Source of the DNA: Promethearchaeum syntrophicum
GTDB taxonomy: Archaea > Asgardarchaeota > Lokiarchaeia > Sigyniarchaeales > Promethearchaeaceae
NCBI RefSeq assembly: GCF_008000775.2
Contig: NZ_CP042905.2
Span: 2,220,001-2,252,000, forward strand
Length of the DNA: 32,000 bases
Direction of reading: 5' to 3'
The notes beneath the pieces were generated by a model. That model did not search any database. It was given only the letters and a program-made list of their open reading frames with translations, and was not told where the DNA came from. Below, piece by piece: positions 29,172 through 32,000 of this stretch. Within the stretch, counting starts at the first letter, position 1, and every line of letters begins with the position of its first letter. The position numbers were made by a program, and so were the translations under genes.

Positions 29172-29876
29172 TTAGGCACTTTCCAAATTATTCCTTTTCT
29201 TCATTAAGGGTTGGCTAAAGAAAATGATAAACGATAAGAGGAAGATGTAGGTAAGAACATTGAAAAAATATATTTGCGTTATATTTTCTATAATAGAAAA
29301 CAACAATATTCCAAGCGAAAGGATCAATGAGATCCTAAAAACTCTGAGTTTTTCACTAATCTCTGGATTTTTAACTTTAAGCTCCTTCATCGTATTTGTG
29401 AGAAGATAAATCATTCTACTGGTTGTTAGTAAGATATAAGCAGAAAATGCAACCCTTAAAATAAGACTCCATTCAGTAAATGTTGGATTTAAACTAATAT
29501 TTTGTATTGAAGCTGGATAAATGATTATTAAACAAACCAAAGTTGTGATAGTAGTTCCGACTCTCTTATATATTTTCAAATCTTTAGCATATGAACCTAA
29601 ACAAAAGATGCTTATTGCAATTAAAAACGATCCCATAGCTAAAACATTACCAATTAATGATACTCGAATGGAGATATTAACAACCAACTCATTAAATCCC
29701 AATTCATAGAAAAAACGTCCAAATGGATATAAGGAATATAAAATGAGTGCTAAGCTTAAATATAAATTTCCTTTATATTCTTTATTTCGTCTGTATATCA
29801 AAAATGAGAGTGCTAAGGATATAATACCAGTTAGTAATTGAATAGACAAAATCGAATATAATTGCCATGGTTCCAT
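29172..29876 (-). CDS. Seven-TM-like membrane protein of unknown function
   Basis: 234-aa ORF with about seven hydrophobic segments and short loops; no family assigned. Confidence 0.75.
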   Translation of the reverse strand: MEPWQLYSILSIQLLTGIISLALSFLIYRRNKEYKGNLYLSLALILYSLYPFGRFFYELGFNELVVNISIRVSLIGNVLAMGSFLIAISIFCLGSYAKDLKIYKRVGTTITTLVCLIIIYPASIQNISLNPTFTEWSLILRVAFSAYILLTTSRMIYLLTNTMKELKVKNPEISEKLRVFRISLILSLGILLFSIIENITQIYFFNVLTYIFLLSFIIFFSQPLMKKRNNLESA

Positions 29877-30083
29877 GGTAAATATTTCATTTCTTTTTTT
29901 TTAAGGTTTTCTATTTCCAAATATGTAATAGCTCAAACTGACTTCACAAATTCAAAAAAAACCAAATATTTTTGAAGTTTATTAAATATTGGAAAAAAAT
30001 TAGATATTAAACCCAAAAAAACCGTAAGATTTTCATGATTTTTATTTTTATTTTTAAAATTTAATTTGATATTGCTTTAACTC

Positions 30084-30560
30084 TTAAGATTTTATCCATT
30101 TGATAAAATTATGAATATATTCCTTAGCTTTTTCAAGTTCACTTTCAATAAATGGACCTTCAGTATCTTGCACACGTGCAGTTAAGAGTTGTGAATAGGG
30201 TTTCACGATTCTTTTTGATTTTTCTAATTTCTTCAAAAATCGTTTACTCCAACCTTGAATTTTGTTTGTTGCTAAACCATGAGTCAAGAAAAGCGTACCA
30301 TATTCTATATCTTTATTAGCATGCTCTAATTCTGCATTTAATTGCTTTAACCATTTCTTTGATTTCGGAGCTCCCATAAACATTCTAATCGCTCCTCCTA
30401 AAATAAGTACATCAGGTGTCTCATTTACCACCGTACTTGGAGAAATTTCTTTCACATCTCCGATCTTTATTTCCCATTCTCCGGAAAATTCATCTTTCAA
30501 TAATTCTGCTAAAATTTTCCCATTACCGAAATTTGTATCATATAAAATCCATAATTTCAT
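30084..30560 (-). CDS. Flavodoxin-like protein
   Basis: 158-aa ORF: MKLWILYDTNFGNGKILAELLKDEFSG...PDVLILGGAIRMFMGAPKSKKWLKQL; flavodoxin-like layout, although the P-loop TNFGNGK is divergent. Confidence 0.7.
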   Translation of the reverse strand: MKLWILYDTNFGNGKILAELLKDEFSGEWEIKIGDVKEISPSTVVNETPDVLILGGAIRMFMGAPKSKKWLKQLNAELEHANKDIEYGTLFLTHGLATNKIQGWSKRFLKKLEKSKRIVKPYSQLLTARVQDTEGPFIESELEKAKEYIHNFIKWIKS

Positions 30561-30745
30561 TTTATTAACACCTATTTATTTTTTGATTAGAGGATTTAAT
30601 AATTTTAAGGGGTGCCATTTGTTGTTAATAATGCTGCCATTTAAAAAAAGAGTACAATTTTTTGGACAAATTATAAGAATTTATTACTAATATCTGATAG
30701 AATCCAAGGAATAATTTTATTTTAATAAAATTTTCATTACTTCAT

Positions 30746-31519
30746 GTGAAGAAATTAACCCCAGCGCTATTTATTAGTCATGGCTCTCCAATGAATATGG
30801 AGATGGACAACCCTTATACTCGAGATATGAAAAAATTAGGGTCAATTATTGAAAAACCTAAAGCCATTGTTGTGATTTCTGCTCATTGGATTACAAAAGA
30901 TTCATTGGTGACTGCTGATATAAGACCAAAAATGATTTATGATTTCTATGGCTTTCCAAAAGAATTATATGAATTTAAGTACGATGCTCCTGGTTCACCT
31001 GCCATAGCAGAAAAAATTGCACAAATTTTACCTTCTTCAGAGAGATCTTTATCATTTAACAGAGGATTGGATCACGCAAGTTATTCCGTCTTGAAGTATA
31101 TCTTTCCTAAAGCAGATATTCCTGTTCTTGAAATTAGTATTGATTATAATAAATCCTTTCGATTTCATTACGATTTAGGAAAAAAATTGGGGAAATTAAG
31201 GGAAGACGGAATATTATTCATAGGAAGCGGTAATATGATTCATAATTTCAAGTATATGAAACCAAAAATGGAGAGTCCCCCTTTTCCTTGGGCGATAGAA
31301 CTTGATGAAACTCTAAAAACTGCAATAGAAAATAAGGATCACGATAGTTTGATTAATTATAAAAAAATTCCATTGCATGATATGTTATTTGAAACCCATG
31401 ACCACTACTTACCTATGCTTTATATCTTAGGAATGCAACGGGATAATGAGAAAGCTAAATTTTTACATAGAAGCATCCAACATGGATCTGGGAACCAACT
31501 TTGCTTTCAAGTTGGTTAG
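30746..31519 (+). CDS. LigB-type extradiol ring-cleavage dioxygenase (4,5-DOPA dioxygenase-like, YgiD family)
   Basis: GTG start. LTPALFISHGSPMNMEMDNPYTRDMKKLG, IVVISAHWITKDSLVTAD, GLDHASYSVLKYIFPKADIPVLEISID, GSGNMIHNFKYM, HDHYLPMLYILG: class III extradiol dioxygenase metal-site motifs. Confidence 0.92.
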   Translation: MKKLTPALFISHGSPMNMEMDNPYTRDMKKLGSIIEKPKAIVVISAHWITKDSLVTADIRPKMIYDFYGFPKELYEFKYDAPGSPAIAEKIAQILPSSERSLSFNRGLDHASYSVLKYIFPKADIPVLEISIDYNKSFRFHYDLGKKLGKLREDGILFIGSGNMIHNFKYMKPKMESPPFPWAIELDETLKTAIENKDHDSLINYKKIPLHDMLFETHDHYLPMLYILGMQRDNEKAKFLHRSIQHGSGNQLCFQVG

Positions 31520-31535
31520 TAAAAATAATAGATTT

Positions 31536-31967
31536 TTAATGTATTGCTCCACATCCAGGACAAAATTTTCCTGAAGGAGTCACTTCAACTCCGCATTCAG
31601 AGCAAAATTTAAGGGGTTTTAAATGTGGAGTCTCCAATTTCTTTTGAATTGGTGAAACTGTGTTTTGCTGACGGTGCTTTTCTTGCGCTTTATGTTCTTC
31701 AATTTTTTCACGAATTTTGTTACTAATTTCTTGACTTTTTACTCTTAGTTGCTCACTCTTTATTTTGGCTTTCGCTTTCAGATCTTGAGATTTAGTTTTT
31801 ATCTTGAGTTTCATTCGATTTTTGTGAATTTTCATGCGTTCCCTGAAAGGAAGGTCAAAAAATTGCTCTTCAATTGAGGAAGCAGTTGTTTCAGTTTTCT
31901 TATCAGTTTCTTGAGAGGAATTTTCATATTTTCCATAAGATATTGTTTGATATTCATTATTTTCCAT
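31536..31967 (-). CDS. Basic coiled-coil protein with C-terminal zinc ribbon
   Basis: 143-aa ORF. Lys/Glu/Gln-rich helix; C-terminal KFCSECGVEVTPSGKFCPGCGAIH (CxxC-x11-CxxC) zinc ribbon. Confidence 0.75.
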   Translation of the reverse strand: MENNEYQTISYGKYENSSQETDKKTETTASSIEEQFFDLPFRERMKIHKNRMKLKIKTKSQDLKAKAKIKSEQLRVKSQEISNKIREKIEEHKAQEKHRQQNTVSPIQKKLETPHLKPLKFCSECGVEVTPSGKFCPGCGAIH

Positions 31968-32000
31968 ATTTTTTCACCGGATAGGATGATATTAGGTATT

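Noticed and set aside
1-32000. Search by eye for CRISPR arrays, tRNA/rRNA genes, inverted terminal repeats, transposases/integrases, restriction, toxin-antitoxin or reverse-transcriptase genes
   Set aside because: None recognised. The radical SAM-Nudix gene could suggest nucleotide-based defence, but no partner genes support that, so I do not claim a defence system.

Overview
AT-rich archaeal-looking window, most likely Asgard/Promethearchaeota (inferred from the protein repertoire and style, not proven). It holds about 23 supportable protein genes and no RNA gene, CRISPR array, integrase/transposase or recognisable defence island. Main content: a winged-helix protein preceded by a 21-bp tandem repeat; a Cys-rich membrane protein interrupted by an in-frame TAA; a secreted, membrane-anchored parallel beta-helix protein; two sensor histidine kinases, one a soluble hybrid with a receiver domain; flavin reductase-like, DUF998-like, cyclase-family and Kelch surface proteins; an LRR protein with a C-terminal membrane tail; a radical SAM-Nudix fusion; an EamA transporter; a multi-pass membrane alpha/beta hydrolase; two flavodoxin-like proteins; a P-loop kinase; a GH38 alpha-mannosidase; a transglutaminase-like protein; a TPR protein with a longin/roadblock-like C-terminus; several membrane proteins; a LigB-type dioxygenase; and a zinc-ribbon protein. 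The most novel-looking item is the single-gene radical SAM + Nudix fusion at 14549-15919. Next are the TPR + longin-like protein, the TAA-interrupted Cys-rich gene and the repeated putative operator upstream of the winged-helix gene. I see no convincing multi-gene novel system.
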